Source: a bacterium
GTDB lineage: Bacteria; UBA8248
DNA length: 64,000 nt
Direction of reading: 5' to 3'
Assembly (NCBI GenBank): GCA_965204535.1
Contig: OZ241996.1
Span: forward strand, 544,001 to 608,000
The notes beneath the pieces were generated by a model. The model had not been told where the DNA came from, made no database searches, and saw nothing but the letters and a program-made list of their open reading frames with translations. Below, one piece after another: positions 19,163 to 30,209 of the stretch (positions within the stretch are counted from its first letter, which is position 1; each line of letters starts with the position of its first letter). A program made the translations under genes and the position numbers.

Positions 19163-19606
19163 CTACTTCTTGATCGACAGGAACTTGAGCACCACGCCGT
19201 CGGGGTCTTTGCAGAAGAAGATTTTTGAGCCCTGGATGGGGCCGCTCGGCACCGTGGCGGGTTCCGGCGAACACATGGCGGTTCCCTGTGATTTGAGTTT
19301 CTCATAAAGCGCCTCCGCGTCGTCCACGACGAAGCCGATCTGCAGGCAGCCCGCGTTGTTGGGCGAAGTGTCCACAGCCGCTCCGGCAGCGCCCTTGTAC
19401 TCCATGAGTTCGAGGTGAAGCCCGTGGCCGCCCATGTGCACCACGCGGAGAATCGCGCCCGGAACGCCCGTCACCTGGGCCGAGAAATCCGGCGTGCGTT
19501 CCGAATCCGATTCCACCTCGAAGCCGAAATTCTCGGCGTACCATTTCGAAGATGCGTCCGCGTCCTTCACCGTCAGGGATACGTTATGAAAGCGTTGAAT
19601 ACTCAT
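19163..19606 (-). CDS. VOC family protein
   Basis: FHNVSLTVKD...WY...FGF, LELMEY and FCKDPDGVVL. Confidence 0.85.
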   Translation of the reverse strand: MSIQRFHNVSLTVKDADASSKWYAENFGFEVESDSERTPDFSAQVTGVPGAILRVVHMGGHGLHLELMEYKGAAGAAVDTSPNNAGCLQIGFVVDDAEALYEKLKSQGTAMCSPEPATVPSGPIQGSKIFFCKDPDGVVLKFLSIKK

Positions 19607-19711
19607 GGGTGCTGTCTCCTGTGATTCTAAAAAATGGCGCTCTTTTATATCTATTATCGCGCAAATGGCGTCAGGTTCCGTATAAATTCATCCCTTTATG
19701 CCGGTATAAAA

Positions 19712-20110
19712 CTATTCGGAAGTGTCTTTCGGCTTCAGGTCCAGCGATGCCGAGTTCATGCAGTATCGCAGGCCGGTGGGCAGCGGGCCGTCGGGGAACA
19801 CGTGGCCCAGGTGCGCGTCGCAGTTCGAACACACCACTTCCACGCGGCGCATCCAGAAGGAGTTGTCCTCCTTCTCGCCCACGTTTTCGGGCTTGAGCGG
19901 CTGGTAGAAGCTCGGCCAGCCCGTGCCCGAGTCGAACTTGGTTTTGGCGTCGAAAAGCTCCGTCCCGCAGCAAACGCACGCGTAGATGCCGTCATCGTGG
20001 CAGTCCCAGTATTTCCCGCTGAAGGCGCGCTCGGTGCCCGCCTTTCTGGTGACGTGGTACTGCTCGGGCGTGAGTTGCTCGCGCCACTCCGCATCCGTTT
20101 TCTCTATCAT
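19712..20110 (-). CDS. msrB: Peptide-methionine (R)-S-oxide reductase
   Basis: [27 protein letters not shown] and RYCMNS; two CxxC zinc sites. Confidence 0.97.
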   Translation of the reverse strand: MIEKTDAEWREQLTPEQYHVTRKAGTERAFSGKYWDCHDDGIYACVCCGTELFDAKTKFDSGTGWPSFYQPLKPENVGEKEDNSFWMRRVEVVCSNCDAHLGHVFPDGPLPTGLRYCMNSASLDLKPKDTSE

Positions 20111-20203
20111 GTCGAATCTCCTTCTCGCTTTCCGGTTCGCTACACGGATAGAATCCTCAAAAACCGCGCGAATGACAAGAGGCAGTTTGTTGCTCCCATT
20201 TCC

Positions 20204-21379
20204 TCACAGGTGGGGCAGGGCCTTCAGGACGTTCACCTGGTTCGTGTTGCCCATGTGATAAAGCTGAATCGCGTCGCGGTAGACTTTCTCGACCGGCGCG
20301 TCCCTCATCACGCCCACCCCGCCCCAGACCTCCACCGCCTTCGTCGCCAGGTAGTTCAGCGTCTCGACGGCGAGCACCTTGGTCGCCCGGGCGAGTTTCT
20401 GATCGTTCACTCCCTCGTCGATGCTCCATGCGGCGCGCCAGAGCAGCGTTCTCGAGGCTTCCAGGCGGGTGAACATCTCGAGCAGGAGCGCGCCGATCAA
20501 GTCGTGCTCGATGATGGGTTTACCGCCCTGGACGCGCTCGCGCGCGTAGGAGAGCGCCAGATCGTAGGCGCGCCGGGCGATGCCCAAGGAGGTGGCCGTC
20601 GCCTCCACGGTGCCGACGTTGGTCACGCTCCTCCGGCCCTCCTGGAACCTGTCCTCCTCGCCCAGGCGGTCTTCCACGGGGACCCGCACGCCGCGGAAGA
20701 TGAGGTCGTGCTGGGGGTAGCACCTGAGCCCCACCTTATCGTGCAGCCTGCCGACCTCGAAGCCATCGTGCGGCGGAAAGATCATGAACCCCGTCGTGCC
20801 CTTCGTCCACGGGACGCTCCTGTCCGTCCGGGCGAAGGCGGTGACGTATTTCGCCTGCGCGCCCATGGCGATGAACTGCTTCACCCCATTCAAGACGTAA
20901 GAATCGCCGTCGCGCACCGCGCTGAGGGCGGGACCTGCGGCCGGGTCCGCGTCGAAGGGGAGCGCGTTGTCGCTGCCAGCATCGGGCTCCGTGATGGCGA
21001 TGCCGATGCAGTAGAGCGGATCTGCGAGGTAGTCGGGCACCACGCGCGCGAGTTGTTCGGGCGTCGCCACGGCGATCAAGCCCGCAATCGCCTTCCAGTT
21101 GTGGCTGTACACCTTGGAAACGGCGGGCGAGCCGACCGAGAGTTCCTCCACCACGACGCACTGGGTGAGCACGTCGGCCCCGTCGCCGCCGTGCGCCTCG
21201 GGCACGCCCAGGGAGTGGAAGCCGAGCGCGGCGCCCCGCTTCACCAGGTCGTAGGGGAATTTATCTTCTCCGTCAGGTCGGCGCTCCAGCTCTGCCACGA
21301 CGGGCAGCATCTCCTCCATCGCGAATTCCCGCGCGAGAAGCTGCAGGCTTTTTTGTTCTTCGGTCAGTTCGAAATCCAT
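20204..21379 (-). CDS. Acyl-CoA dehydrogenase family protein
   Basis: AITEPDAGSD, LNGVKQFI, RVQGGKPI, GGVGVM...VEKVYRDA. Confidence 0.93.
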   Translation of the reverse strand: MDFELTEEQKSLQLLAREFAMEEMLPVVAELERRPDGEDKFPYDLVKRGAALGFHSLGVPEAHGGDGADVLTQCVVVEELSVGSPAVSKVYSHNWKAIAGLIAVATPEQLARVVPDYLADPLYCIGIAITEPDAGSDNALPFDADPAAGPALSAVRDGDSYVLNGVKQFIAMGAQAKYVTAFARTDRSVPWTKGTTGFMIFPPHDGFEVGRLHDKVGLRCYPQHDLIFRGVRVPVEDRLGEEDRFQEGRRSVTNVGTVEATATSLGIARRAYDLALSYARERVQGGKPIIEHDLIGALLLEMFTRLEASRTLLWRAAWSIDEGVNDQKLARATKVLAVETLNYLATKAVEVWGGVGVMRDAPVEKVYRDAIQLYHMGNTNQVNVLKALPHL

Positions 21380-21474
21380 GCGGGTATCCTTATCGGTTTA
21401 TTTTTCCGGTGTTTAGTTGGATGAGAGGTTCCCTTTTTCTTCTTGATATGATGCCTCACTATCCATATCCCGAT

Positions 21475-21761
21475 GGGGCTGTTGAGAAAAGCCCCGTGGA
21501 GCGATTTTGGTTGAGCGTACGCTTTTGAAGTTCACTCCCCCCTTGAGGGGGAGTCGCAGAAGCCGAGCGTTTTTTGCGAAGGCTGATGCGGTGGGGGGTA
21601 AAATGCGTTTTATCGTCATTCCGGATTATACCCCCCACCGAATCGCTTGCGGGCTTACGCCCTTAGCTCTTCGACTCCCCCTCAAGGGGGGAGTGATTTT
21701 TCTCTCTCGTCGGTCGGTTACATACGACAAATTCAGAGTTCCGGGCCTTTTCAACAGCCCC
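21475..21761. mobile_element. MITE-like element 1
   Basis: Ends ggggctgttgagaaaa / ttttcaacagcccc; flanks ccgat/cctat (4/5); internal inverted arms at about 21532-21556 and 21672-21696 (cactccccccttgagggggagtcg type). Confidence 0.75.
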
Positions 21762-21762
21762 C

Positions 21763-23031
21763 CTATGAACCGGCTTTCTCGCCGCAGATCGCGAGTGCCG
21801 CGGCGAGGTAGACTTTCGCCGCCGTCACGGCGTCTTCGACGAGCACGTGCTCGCCCACGGCGTGCATGAGTCCTTTCTCGGCGGCGTCGGGGTGCATCCG
21901 CCCGCCGGGGCCGTAGCAGATGCACGGGATGCCGTAGCGGTTGAAATGCGTGGAATCGGCCGCGGGCCGCCTGATGACGGGTTTCGATGCCTCTCCCGTC
22001 ACTTCCTCGTGCGCCGCAAGCGCAGCTTGTACGAGCGGGTCGTCCGGGTCGAGAAGGGTGGGCGGGTCGTTCACGTAGAAGGTGAGCGAGGCCCGCCCGG
22101 CTTCATCCGCCGCTTCATCGAGTACGCCGCGCAGTTCGCGCTTGATGTCCTCGGTGTTCTGGCCCGGCACGGTGCGGATGTCGAGATACAGGCTCGCCTC
22201 GGCCGGGTTTCTGGAAAGCCGCCAGGGCCAGCCGCCCCGGACGGCGGCTATCGTCACGTTGGGGTGCTCGCCCATGCAGGAGTGTCTCGATTCATATTCG
22301 GGTATCCAGCGCTCGACCGCGGCTTGAATCCTGTGGATCGCGCGCACGGCGTTCGTGACCCCCGGGCGGTTCGAGAAGACGCTGTGGCTTATCGTGCCGG
22401 TTGCGGTGATCTTCGCCCACACGACGCCCATGTTCGCGTTCGAGACCTTGAGCCCGGTCGGCTCGGCGAGGATGGCGCAATCCGCCGTCACGCCATGCAG
22501 GATGAGGTGCCGCGTGCCCGTCCCGTAGCCCGAGTAGGATTTACCCGAGAATTCATCAATCGGCGCTTTTTCAATCTCGCCCACCACGCCGGCCAGCGAG
22601 AGGTCCCCGCGCAGGGGGATATTTTCGCGGGAGATGGCCTCGACGGCCGCCAGCGCACCCGCAAGCCCGCTTTTCATGTTGTTGGCGCCGAGACCCCACA
22701 GCCAACCGTCCCGGTGGACGGCTCTGGGCTTGAAGCCCTCGCCGGTCAGGTAATCCTCATTCCCGTCATAAGAGGTGTCCATGTGGCCGGTGAACAGGAG
22801 GTTCATCCCGTCGCCCGCGCCCTCGCGCACGCCGACCGCGTTCGGCCTGCCGGGGTCGACTTCCTGAAGTTGCGTATTCAGCCCCGCGCCCGACATGCGC
22901 TTGACAAGATAGCGCGCCATCCCGGACTCCCCGCCCGTGGGGCTGGGGATGTCCACCATGTCGCTCAGGAGTTCGCGCACGGCGTCTTCGGTAACGTGGC
23001 GCGCGCAGCGCGCGAAATCGGGGTGCGGCAT
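21763..23031 (-). CDS. M20 family metallopeptidase (ArgE/DapE-like)
   Basis: IPSPTGGE, LFTGHMDT, GLGANNMKSG, AEPT and H...E near the C-terminus. Confidence 0.88.
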   Translation of the reverse strand: MPHPDFARCARHVTEDAVRELLSDMVDIPSPTGGESGMARYLVKRMSGAGLNTQLQEVDPGRPNAVGVREGAGDGMNLLFTGHMDTSYDGNEDYLTGEGFKPRAVHRDGWLWGLGANNMKSGLAGALAAVEAISRENIPLRGDLSLAGVVGEIEKAPIDEFSGKSYSGYGTGTRHLILHGVTADCAILAEPTGLKVSNANMGVVWAKITATGTISHSVFSNRPGVTNAVRAIHRIQAAVERWIPEYESRHSCMGEHPNVTIAAVRGGWPWRLSRNPAEASLYLDIRTVPGQNTEDIKRELRGVLDEAADEAGRASLTFYVNDPPTLLDPDDPLVQAALAAHEEVTGEASKPVIRRPAADSTHFNRYGIPCICYGPGGRMHPDAAEKGLMHAVGEHVLVEDAVTAAKVYLAAALAICGEKAGS

Positions 23032-23218
23032 CGGTTTCTCTTGCTCCCTTCACCTGTCGGATGCTCCAGCGTATCATGGGCGGGCCGGTGTCCGGTATCT
23101 CCGTTCACATCCGGGTGCGCTTGTCTTTCGGCCGCATTCAGCCGGGTTTCCCCTCTCGAACGGCCGGGCGGACTGCAAGAAGAACGTGTCGGCCTGAACG
23201 GCTGGAGGCAACACTTGC

Positions 23219-23681
23219 GGAACTGTTGAAAAAACCCTCGTTTTAGCGATTCGGCGTATGGAGCCGGCCGTTTGTAGGGACAACCTAAAAGGGTTGTCTT
23301 GCCCCCTGTGGTTGTCCTTTGTAGAACAGGGCATCGGACAGGCACGGGGGCCTGTCCCTACAGTTCTTGCGATTTTGCTCGTCATTCCGGCGAAGGCCGG
23401 AATCCAGAGCCGACGAGGAAGGCAGCAGCGCCGGATAACCATAAAAACAACAAGATAAAAACGATAAAGCCAAAACCAAATTCCCTGGATTCCGGCGTGC
23501 GCCGGAATGACGGCGGGAGCAAACCTGTTGGAGAGGAAAAGTGGGTTCATCGGATGGCTCTGCGCAGGGCGCGATGGTTCTGTAGGGACAGGTCGCGACC
23601 TGTCCCTACGGTGAACAATTCGATGATTGGGACGCCCTCCCCTTTGAGGGTCGGGCTTCCCGAGGCTTTATCAACAACCCC
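23219..23681. mobile_element. MITE-like element 2 with nested REP-like palindromes
   Basis: Ends ggaactgttgaaaaaacc / ggctttatcaacaacccc; cttgcg repeated at 23214-23219 and 23681-23686; internal palindromes at 23274, 23381/23485 and 23582. Confidence 0.7.
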
Positions 23682-23798
23682 TTGCGCCATGTCCAAGCTG
23701 GAGGGGAAAAGTCAGCAGGAAAACAGGATAGTCTTCATCGTCGTTGCGCTGTTTCCGGGGAAGCGGGTTGGTTGTTCGCCTGCAGGGAACTTCTTCGA

Positions 23799-25994
23799 CT
23801 AGCCGGCTTCTGACCCGGTCCGGTGCCGCGAGGTGAGCAGATAACGATACAGCTTGATGGCAAGACTCTCTTCGTGCTCGTCCAGCCAGTGCTGCGCGGC
23901 CGGCGTCAGCACCATCGTTCGGCAGGGTTCGTCTGCAACCACCGAGGCCTCCTTTTCATCCAGGGGAGCGGTCGGCCAGATCGTGTCGCCAGGACCGTAC
24001 TCATGGAGACGCGCACCCCCGGAGTCATAAGCGCAAGCCCGGCCTGACAGCAACAGTTGCAGGCCTTCTCCTGTCGCCTCAGGTCCCGCGAGGGCCTCTC
24101 CGGCGTCGTATTGGCGGGGCTCCAGCTAGCCCCGAAGTTCCTCTATCAGATCCTCGAAATGAATCTGCCGCTCCAGATAGCGTTCGAGTTCATCGGCACT
24201 GTGCGCCAGCAGCAAAGCGCGCCGCTTGTCCGAAGTGCTCACGTCTGCCTTCCATGCCTCGATGACGATTTCCTCACAGCGTTCGACGGCGCGGTCCGCA
24301 TTCGGCTCAATCAGTAATTCCGCGAATACTGGAGGTGGGAGGTTGCGCTCCAATTCGGATTTCAACTGTTCGCCGGGCGCGCTCAGAACCACGGGAACGC
24401 CTGCGGCTTGCGCCGTCTGAAAGAACCTGGAGAGGACGCTCACCGCCGAGTAGTCGAAGCCCGAGACGGCGGCGAAGTCCAGCATCAGGCAGGCGGGACG
24501 CGAAGCGCCGCTCAGGGATTTCTTGAGGTGATCGGCCAGGGGGCAGACGCTGCCGAAGAAGATGTAGCCGCGCAGCCGGTAGGCATGAACGCCCTCACCT
24601 TCCGCCAGGAGGATGGCCCGATCGGGGACGGGCCGGGTCTTGTTGCTTCGATGCTCGCGCGCGGTGAAGCGGGATTCGATCAGATCCACCCGGCTCAGGC
24701 GCACGACGAAGAACACGAGTGTGGCCAGCATGCCGGCGCCCACGCCCTCGAACAGTCCGAAAGAGATGATGGTGAAAAAGATCAAAACGATTATGCCGAA
24801 CTCCGACCAGGGGAGCCGCTTGAAGCTTCTCAAGAGACCTTCGTCCAGCATGCCTAGGCCGGCGAAGAATAAAATTCCACCTACGAGCGGTATCGGAACC
24901 AGTTCCAGCATCCCGTCGCCAAGGAGCAATGCGACCCCGATGACGAGGGCGGCGACGCCGCCGGTCAGGCGCGTGGTGGCCCCGAGCAGCTTGCTGCGCA
25001 GTGAGGCGGGCACGATAGTGCATGCCACCGTGCCGCCGCCCAGACCGGCGACCAGGCTCGCGAAGCCGGTCGCCCTGAACTCCCGGTCCCAGTCCAGTTC
25101 GTGATTCGCGGCCAACTCGAGGCCGGCGAAATTCATGATCACGCAGATCAGGGCGATCAGCAGAAGCGTCAGCATATTGGAAATCTGCGAGGCCATCGCG
25201 GCCCAATCCAGGTGAGCCAGATCGGCGATCCCCAAAGCCGGCCACAAGCTTCCGTCCGCGGTGCTCTTGAACAGCAGACCTGAGGCTCTCGCCTCATCAC
25301 CGGAAATATCGAGAGCGGTCAGGGTAAGGTGGTATGCGCCAACGGCAATCGCCACACTCACGGGCAGGATCAACGCGTTTCCCCAGCGCTTCATCGAGAG
25401 GTACAGGGAAATCCCGAATGCCGCGCCCGGGCCCCACTTCCATAACGTGGCCGGTTCCAGAAGCGCCGGAATCGTGCGCCAGTCCGTCTCTGCTCCCATC
25501 ATGGACATGGCCGCCAGGCACACGGCCCCACCGATGCCGGCCACGAATCCACCCGCCACCGGAAACGGGATGAAGCGCACCAGGGTGGCGAGCCGGAAAT
25601 GCCCGATAACGAGACAGCAGACGCCGGTGGCCATCGCGCTGAGAATGAGCGCCCCCGCCGTGGTGACAAACAGCGTATCGCCCCCGGCGTCCATCGTGGA
25701 GCCGATCAGCGCCATCACGAGCACGAGCGCGGGAGAGAGCCCCGAAATCGCCCCGCGGTAGCCGCCTGTGAGGGCGATGATCAGGCAGGCGGCGAAGTTT
25801 CCGAACAACACCAGGCCGACGCCCTGGGAGGAATACGGGGCCAATGCGCCTGAGAAAATGAAACTGCCGAAGGCAATCTGGGCGACGAGCAAACCCAGAC
25901 CGGAAGTGAGTCCGGCGGAAAGCGCCGGAACGGCCTTGTCGGAAAGGATGTCCGCGTGAAGCTCGGAGGCTGTGTCCCGGAAAAAGGATTTCAT
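23799..25994 (-). pseudogene. SulP family anion transporter with STAS and cNMP-binding domains, interrupted by an in-frame TAG at 24126-24128
   Basis: Multi-TM region, RFIPFPVAGGF, STAS motif RLRGYIFFGS...LDF. After LRG* the same frame continues LEPRQYDAGEAL...LQLLLSGR...YGPG to 23799. Confidence 0.8.
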
Positions 25995-26068
25995 TCTTGA
26001 GTTTGCTCGAAATCGGGGGCGGCGCCGATTCTCTTTCTCCCTTAACGTAAAGAGCGCTCTAGCGTATC

Positions 26069-27520
26069 ATGGGCGCGTTGCTTTCCTGCATCTCTATTAG
26101 AGTCGAGGTACGTCCCCTGAAACAAGTAAAAAGTACGCGCGGATACGATTATACCCGTGGCTCGGTCGGCTGGGCCATCACGCGCCTCTCGGTGCCGATT
26201 TGCGGCGAGCGCATCCTGCGCAATCTGGACGGCATCTTCGAGATATACTGGCTCGGTCAGTTGGGGGCGGACGCGCTGGCGGCGGCGTCTTTGGGCTTCA
26301 TCACCTTGTTGTTCATCCGCTCGGCGCCTTTCGGACTGAGAATCGGAGGCCAGGCGCTCGTGGCCCAGCGCGTGGGGGCTGGCGACGCACAAGGCGCCTC
26401 GATCATGGCCGGGCAGACCATCTTCCTGGTCGGCGTCTTCAGCCTCATCGCCACGTTCCTGGGCCTTTGGTTCGCTCCCGAGTTGATGAATCTCATGACG
26501 CGCGACCCGGCGTTGGCCGCTCTGGGCGTCGTCTACATCCGCGCCGGCTTCACCGTGCTGCTCGCCGCAGAAGCCATGTTTGTCGTCGGACAGATATTGC
26601 GGGGAACCGGCGAGCCCGCCATCACCATCGCGGGCGTCGTCTCCTCCACCGTCTTGACGCTCATCTTCATTCCGCTCCTCATGTTCGGCTGGGGGCCGGT
26701 TCCCGCTTTGGGTCTCGCGGGCAGTTTCTTGGGCATCGGCGTGGGGCGGCTGGGCGGTTTTCTGACGATGCTGGCCTTTATCGTGAAAGGAAAATCGAGG
26801 CTCACGCTCCGGTGGGCCGACTTGCGACCGCGCGGCGCGGAGATCTCCCGCGTCGCGCGCCTCGCCTGGCCCGCCATGGCGCAGAACCTGCTCGAGCGAA
26901 GCGCCCTTTTGCTCATGGTGCGGATGCTGTCGCCCTTCGGCGCAAGCGCCCTTGCGGCCTGGAGCATCGGCAACCGCGTGACGATGATCGCCCGGATGCC
27001 GAGCTTCGGCCTGCAAAGCTCGGTGCGCACGCTGGTGGGCCAGAACCTGGGCGCGGAGAAGCCGGAACGCGTGGCGCGCACGGTATGGCTCTCCGTCGCC
27101 GCCCTGGGCGTCCTGATGACGGTCGTGAGCGTCTGTTTGTTCGCCTGGGCGGAGGAGATCGTCTCGTTTTTCGGCATGGAGGGAAACGCCACGGCCGTCA
27201 TGGCGCTCCGGATCCTGTGCGCGGGCCTGTTAATGGAGTCCGTCCGCCGGGTGATGGCGGGCGCGTTCCAGGGCGCATCGCGCTCGAAGCCGCCCATGTT
27301 GGTGGAGGGCGTCGTCCGCTGGGGTGTGCAGATCCCCGCCGCCTGGCTGCTCTCGTTCTGGCTTGCGGTGGGCGCGGGCGGCGTCTGGTGGGCGGTGAGC
27401 GGGGGCCAGATATTGAGCGGTGCGCTCCTGTTCGCGTGGTTCTTGCACTGGTCGCGGAGCGGAGACATTCCGGGGTTCATGGGCGCCCGGGGTTTGAAAT
27501 CGGCGCGCGAATCCACATAA
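26069..27520 (+). CDS. MATE family efflux transporter
   Basis: DYTRGS, GQLGADALAA, VAQRVGA and VGQNLGA repeats; about 12 TM segments; start uncertain. Confidence 0.88.
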   Translation: MGALLSCISIRVEVRPLKQVKSTRGYDYTRGSVGWAITRLSVPICGERILRNLDGIFEIYWLGQLGADALAAASLGFITLLFIRSAPFGLRIGGQALVAQRVGAGDAQGASIMAGQTIFLVGVFSLIATFLGLWFAPELMNLMTRDPALAALGVVYIRAGFTVLLAAEAMFVVGQILRGTGEPAITIAGVVSSTVLTLIFIPLLMFGWGPVPALGLAGSFLGIGVGRLGGFLTMLAFIVKGKSRLTLRWADLRPRGAEISRVARLAWPAMAQNLLERSALLLMVRMLSPFGASALAAWSIGNRVTMIARMPSFGLQSSVRTLVGQNLGAEKPERVARTVWLSVAALGVLMTVVSVCLFAWAEEIVSFFGMEGNATAVMALRILCAGLLMESVRRVMAGAFQGASRSKPPMLVEGVVRWGVQIPAAWLLSFWLAVGAGGVWWAVSGGQILSGALLFAWFLHWSRSGDIPGFMGARGLKSAREST

Positions 27521-27629
27521 TCTGTCTGCGCCGCTTTGGGTGCTCTCTTGGATATTTTAGGAGAGGTGGTGTGACCTGCGGAGCGCGCGCCTCTGCGCGA
27601 GGAGTCTCCGCCTAAGGAGGTTTTCGGGA

Positions 27630-28025
27630 ATGAACAGAGCGTTGGCGGCGGGGCTTTTTCTCCTGGCGGGATTCGGGTTGCTCGTGACCCTGACGAAAAG
27701 ACCCGAGCCCCCGAGGCATCCGCAGGTGCCCGTGACCGAGGATATGGCCCGGATCAACCAGGGGAAGAAGCTGTTCGCGCGCAACTGCCTGCGTTGCCAC
27801 GGGCCCGAAGCGAAGGGTTCTCGAATCGGCCCGCCGCTCGTGCACAAGATTTACGAGCCCTCCCATCACGGGGACGCCGCTTTCTTCATGGCCGTCTCGC
27901 GCGGGGTGAAGAGCCACCACTGGAAGTTCGGCGACATGGCGCCCGTGCCGGGCGTGAAGCCCGAAGAAGTGGCCCTGATCGTCGGGTACGTGCGCTGGCT
28001 GCAGAGAAAGGCCGGAATCTTTTAG
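27630..28025 (+). CDS. Monoheme c-type cytochrome
   Basis: N-terminal anchor, CLRCH, GPPLVHKIY and HHWKFGDM. Confidence 0.9.
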   Translation: MNRALAAGLFLLAGFGLLVTLTKRPEPPRHPQVPVTEDMARINQGKKLFARNCLRCHGPEAKGSRIGPPLVHKIYEPSHHGDAAFFMAVSRGVKSHHWKFGDMAPVPGVKPEEVALIVGYVRWLQRKAGIF

Positions 28026-28047
28026 CAGGGGCGGGGGACGACATTCG

Positions 28048-29388
28048 ATGAACGAGCAGGACGCATTGTTTGAGTTGCGGAGAGAACGCTTAAGACGCAT
28101 GGTCGCCCTGTGCGGACGCGCGCACCCGTTCTACAAGCGCCGCTTCGCGGAGGCGAATATCATCCCCGATGCGGTCAAGGAACTGGACGACCTCCAGAAA
28201 ATCCCCCTCACGAAAAAAGAGGACTTCATGGCGGCGCCCGAGGATTTCAGCCTCGACCCCGCCTGGCTGCCCGAGCTTCCCTTCGAGGAGCGCACGATGT
28301 GGAACGTGGCCTACACCACGGGCACCACGAGCGGGCGGCCCTCGCCCTTTTTCAACACCACGCACGACCAGTACCACATTATGCTCCAGGCGAAGGTGTG
28401 CAACGAGGTCGAGGGTCTGCGGGCAGGCGACGTCATCGCGAACCTCTATCCGCTCTCGCCCATGCCGCTGGGCGGGTTCCTCTGCTGCGTGCGCTCGGCG
28501 GAAATCATGGGGCTTCCCGTGGTGAGCGCGCTCACGGGCAGCCCGCATCCCGAATACCCCGTGCGGCGCTCGCTCGATGAGGCCGTCGACGTGGTGGCCG
28601 ATTCGGGCGCCACCATCATCTGGGGGGTGCCGAGTTTCGTCCGCCGCTTCCTGAGGCGGGCGCGCGAGCGCGGCGCGAAGCTCCCCCGCGCGCGCATGGT
28701 GCTCACCACGGGGGAGGCGGTGAGCGACGCCCTGCGCGAGGAGTATATGGACCACCTGCGCCATTTCGGGGCGGATGACCCGCAGGTGCGGGTGCGCTAC
28801 GCGGCGACGGAGATGCAGGGCGGCCTCGTGCAGTGCGCGAACGATGCCATGCCGCACAACGTGGTGCCCGAACTCTACCTGCTCGAGGTGGTGGACCCCG
28901 AATCCGGCGAGCGCGTGCCCGAAGGCGAGGAGGGGGCCATCGCCCTCACGCACCTACACCGCCGGGGCACGGTGTTCCTGCGCTACCTCATCGGCGACCT
29001 CATCGCGCTCAGGTGGGAGCCTTGCCCGCACTGCGGGCGGCTGGGCGAGCGGGTCGTGCGCCTGCCGAGGCGGACGGGCGATTTGCTCAAGGTGCGCGGC
29101 ATGCTCATGAACCCCGATATCATCATCGACCTCCTGGCGAAAGAACGTGCGATAAGGGAGTTTCAGATCCGGGTCCGCAAGTCGGCGCCCGGGGATTCAG
29201 ATTCGATGGATGAGATGATCATCCGCCTGGAAGCCGAGGATTCAGAGCGCGAGCGGCTCGTCGCCTCCTTGCCGGACAGGGTGCGCGGAGCGGTGATGAT
29301 ACGGCCGGCACTCGAATTCGTGGCGCCCGGCGTGATCCACGACCCGATGCGCGACGTGAAGGCCCGCCGCCTCGTCGATGAGCGGTGA
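28048..29388 (+). CDS. Phenylacetate-CoA ligase-like adenylate-forming enzyme
   Basis: YTTGTTSGRP, YAATE, LRYLIGD and GDLLKVRG. Confidence 0.85.
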   Translation: MNEQDALFELRRERLRRMVALCGRAHPFYKRRFAEANIIPDAVKELDDLQKIPLTKKEDFMAAPEDFSLDPAWLPELPFEERTMWNVAYTTGTTSGRPSPFFNTTHDQYHIMLQAKVCNEVEGLRAGDVIANLYPLSPMPLGGFLCCVRSAEIMGLPVVSALTGSPHPEYPVRRSLDEAVDVVADSGATIIWGVPSFVRRFLRRARERGAKLPRARMVLTTGEAVSDALREEYMDHLRHFGADDPQVRVRYAATEMQGGLVQCANDAMPHNVVPELYLLEVVDPESGERVPEGEEGAIALTHLHRRGTVFLRYLIGDLIALRWEPCPHCGRLGERVVRLPRRTGDLLKVRGMLMNPDIIIDLLAKERAIREFQIRVRKSAPGDSDSMDEMIIRLEAEDSERERLVASLPDRVRGAVMIRPALEFVAPGVIHDPMRDVKARRLVDER

Positions 29389-29633
29389 GGGCGTCGTATC
29401 GGTCTATCTTGTCTCCAAAGTGATTGTGCCTTCTAAGTCGTTTCACCCTTTATCCCTGTAGTTCAATCATAGTAGATCTTACGGAGATGGTTTGTGTAGC
29501 AGCGGAGATTGAAAAAGTAAGTTTGTAAAGACGAGACAGAGATTAAGTAGCTCATCAGTTTATATCTTGTGAATTGTGCAGTGTATTACAATACACATTT
29601 GGTAGGTATTAGTGCTAAGGAGGATTCTTTGTA

Positions 29634-30209
29634 GTGAATAACCCGAAGGTTGGTGAATCTGAAGGCAAAGAACAGCTCAAGTTCATCAGAAAAGCAGTGG
29701 GTCCTCAGGATCCGCAGACAGGCAAATTTGTCATGCAGGTAGGCAAATATGTAGAAATACAGCTCGTGGAAATTCCGAAGGACGGGCAACAAGGGGGGAA
29801 GCTTAAACTTGTAAAGCTTTCGAATGATCTACTGCTTCAAGCCCACAAGGTTGGGGTCCCGATAGCTGGCGTAGCTGGCGTGCTTGGCTCAATGATTGAA
29901 ATGAGAGGGATTTATCTGGATTCGGTGGGAGAGTTCTTCCAGCTATACGGCCGATTTGAGCAGATGCTTGGGCTCGCTGATGACTACAAACAATCGAAAA
30001 TAGAACGTGAAATGCAGAATAGGTTAGGAGAAGACGTTACTCAACATTCCAAAGAATACATTAGATCAGGAAATAAGAGCCTAACACCCATTCCACTCTA
30101 CGTCAGGAATGTGCTAGCGCACCAGGGAACGAATCCAGAGAATTCTCTAGGCGATGGAGACTTGCAGACGGCAATCCGGCTACTAAAAGACTGGCTTCGC
30201 ATAAATTAA
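29634..30209 (+). CDS. Low-GC hypothetical protein with a HEPN-like Rx4H motif
   Basis: AAGGAGG RBS, 191 aa, YVRNVLAHQ near the C-terminus; AT-rich islet. Confidence 0.6.
   Translation: MNNPKVGESEGKEQLKFIRKAVGPQDPQTGKFVMQVGKYVEIQLVEIPKDGQQGGKLKLVKLSNDLLLQAHKVGVPIAGVAGVLGSMIEMRGIYLDSVGEFFQLYGRFEQMLGLADDYKQSKIEREMQNRLGEDVTQHSKEYIRSGNKSLTPIPLYVRNVLAHQGTNPENSLGDGDLQTAIRLLKDWLRIN

Noticed and set aside
19712-20110. MsrB as a selenoprotein
   Set aside because: The catalytic position is a normal Cys codon (RYCMNS).
23074-23802. Short ORFs over repeat regions, also near 21.4-21.9, 18.9-19.2 and 59.4-59.9 kb
   Set aside because: They translate REP/MITE sequence (VIPAHAGI, AAREPPL, PPLRG peptides) and are unlikely to be genes.
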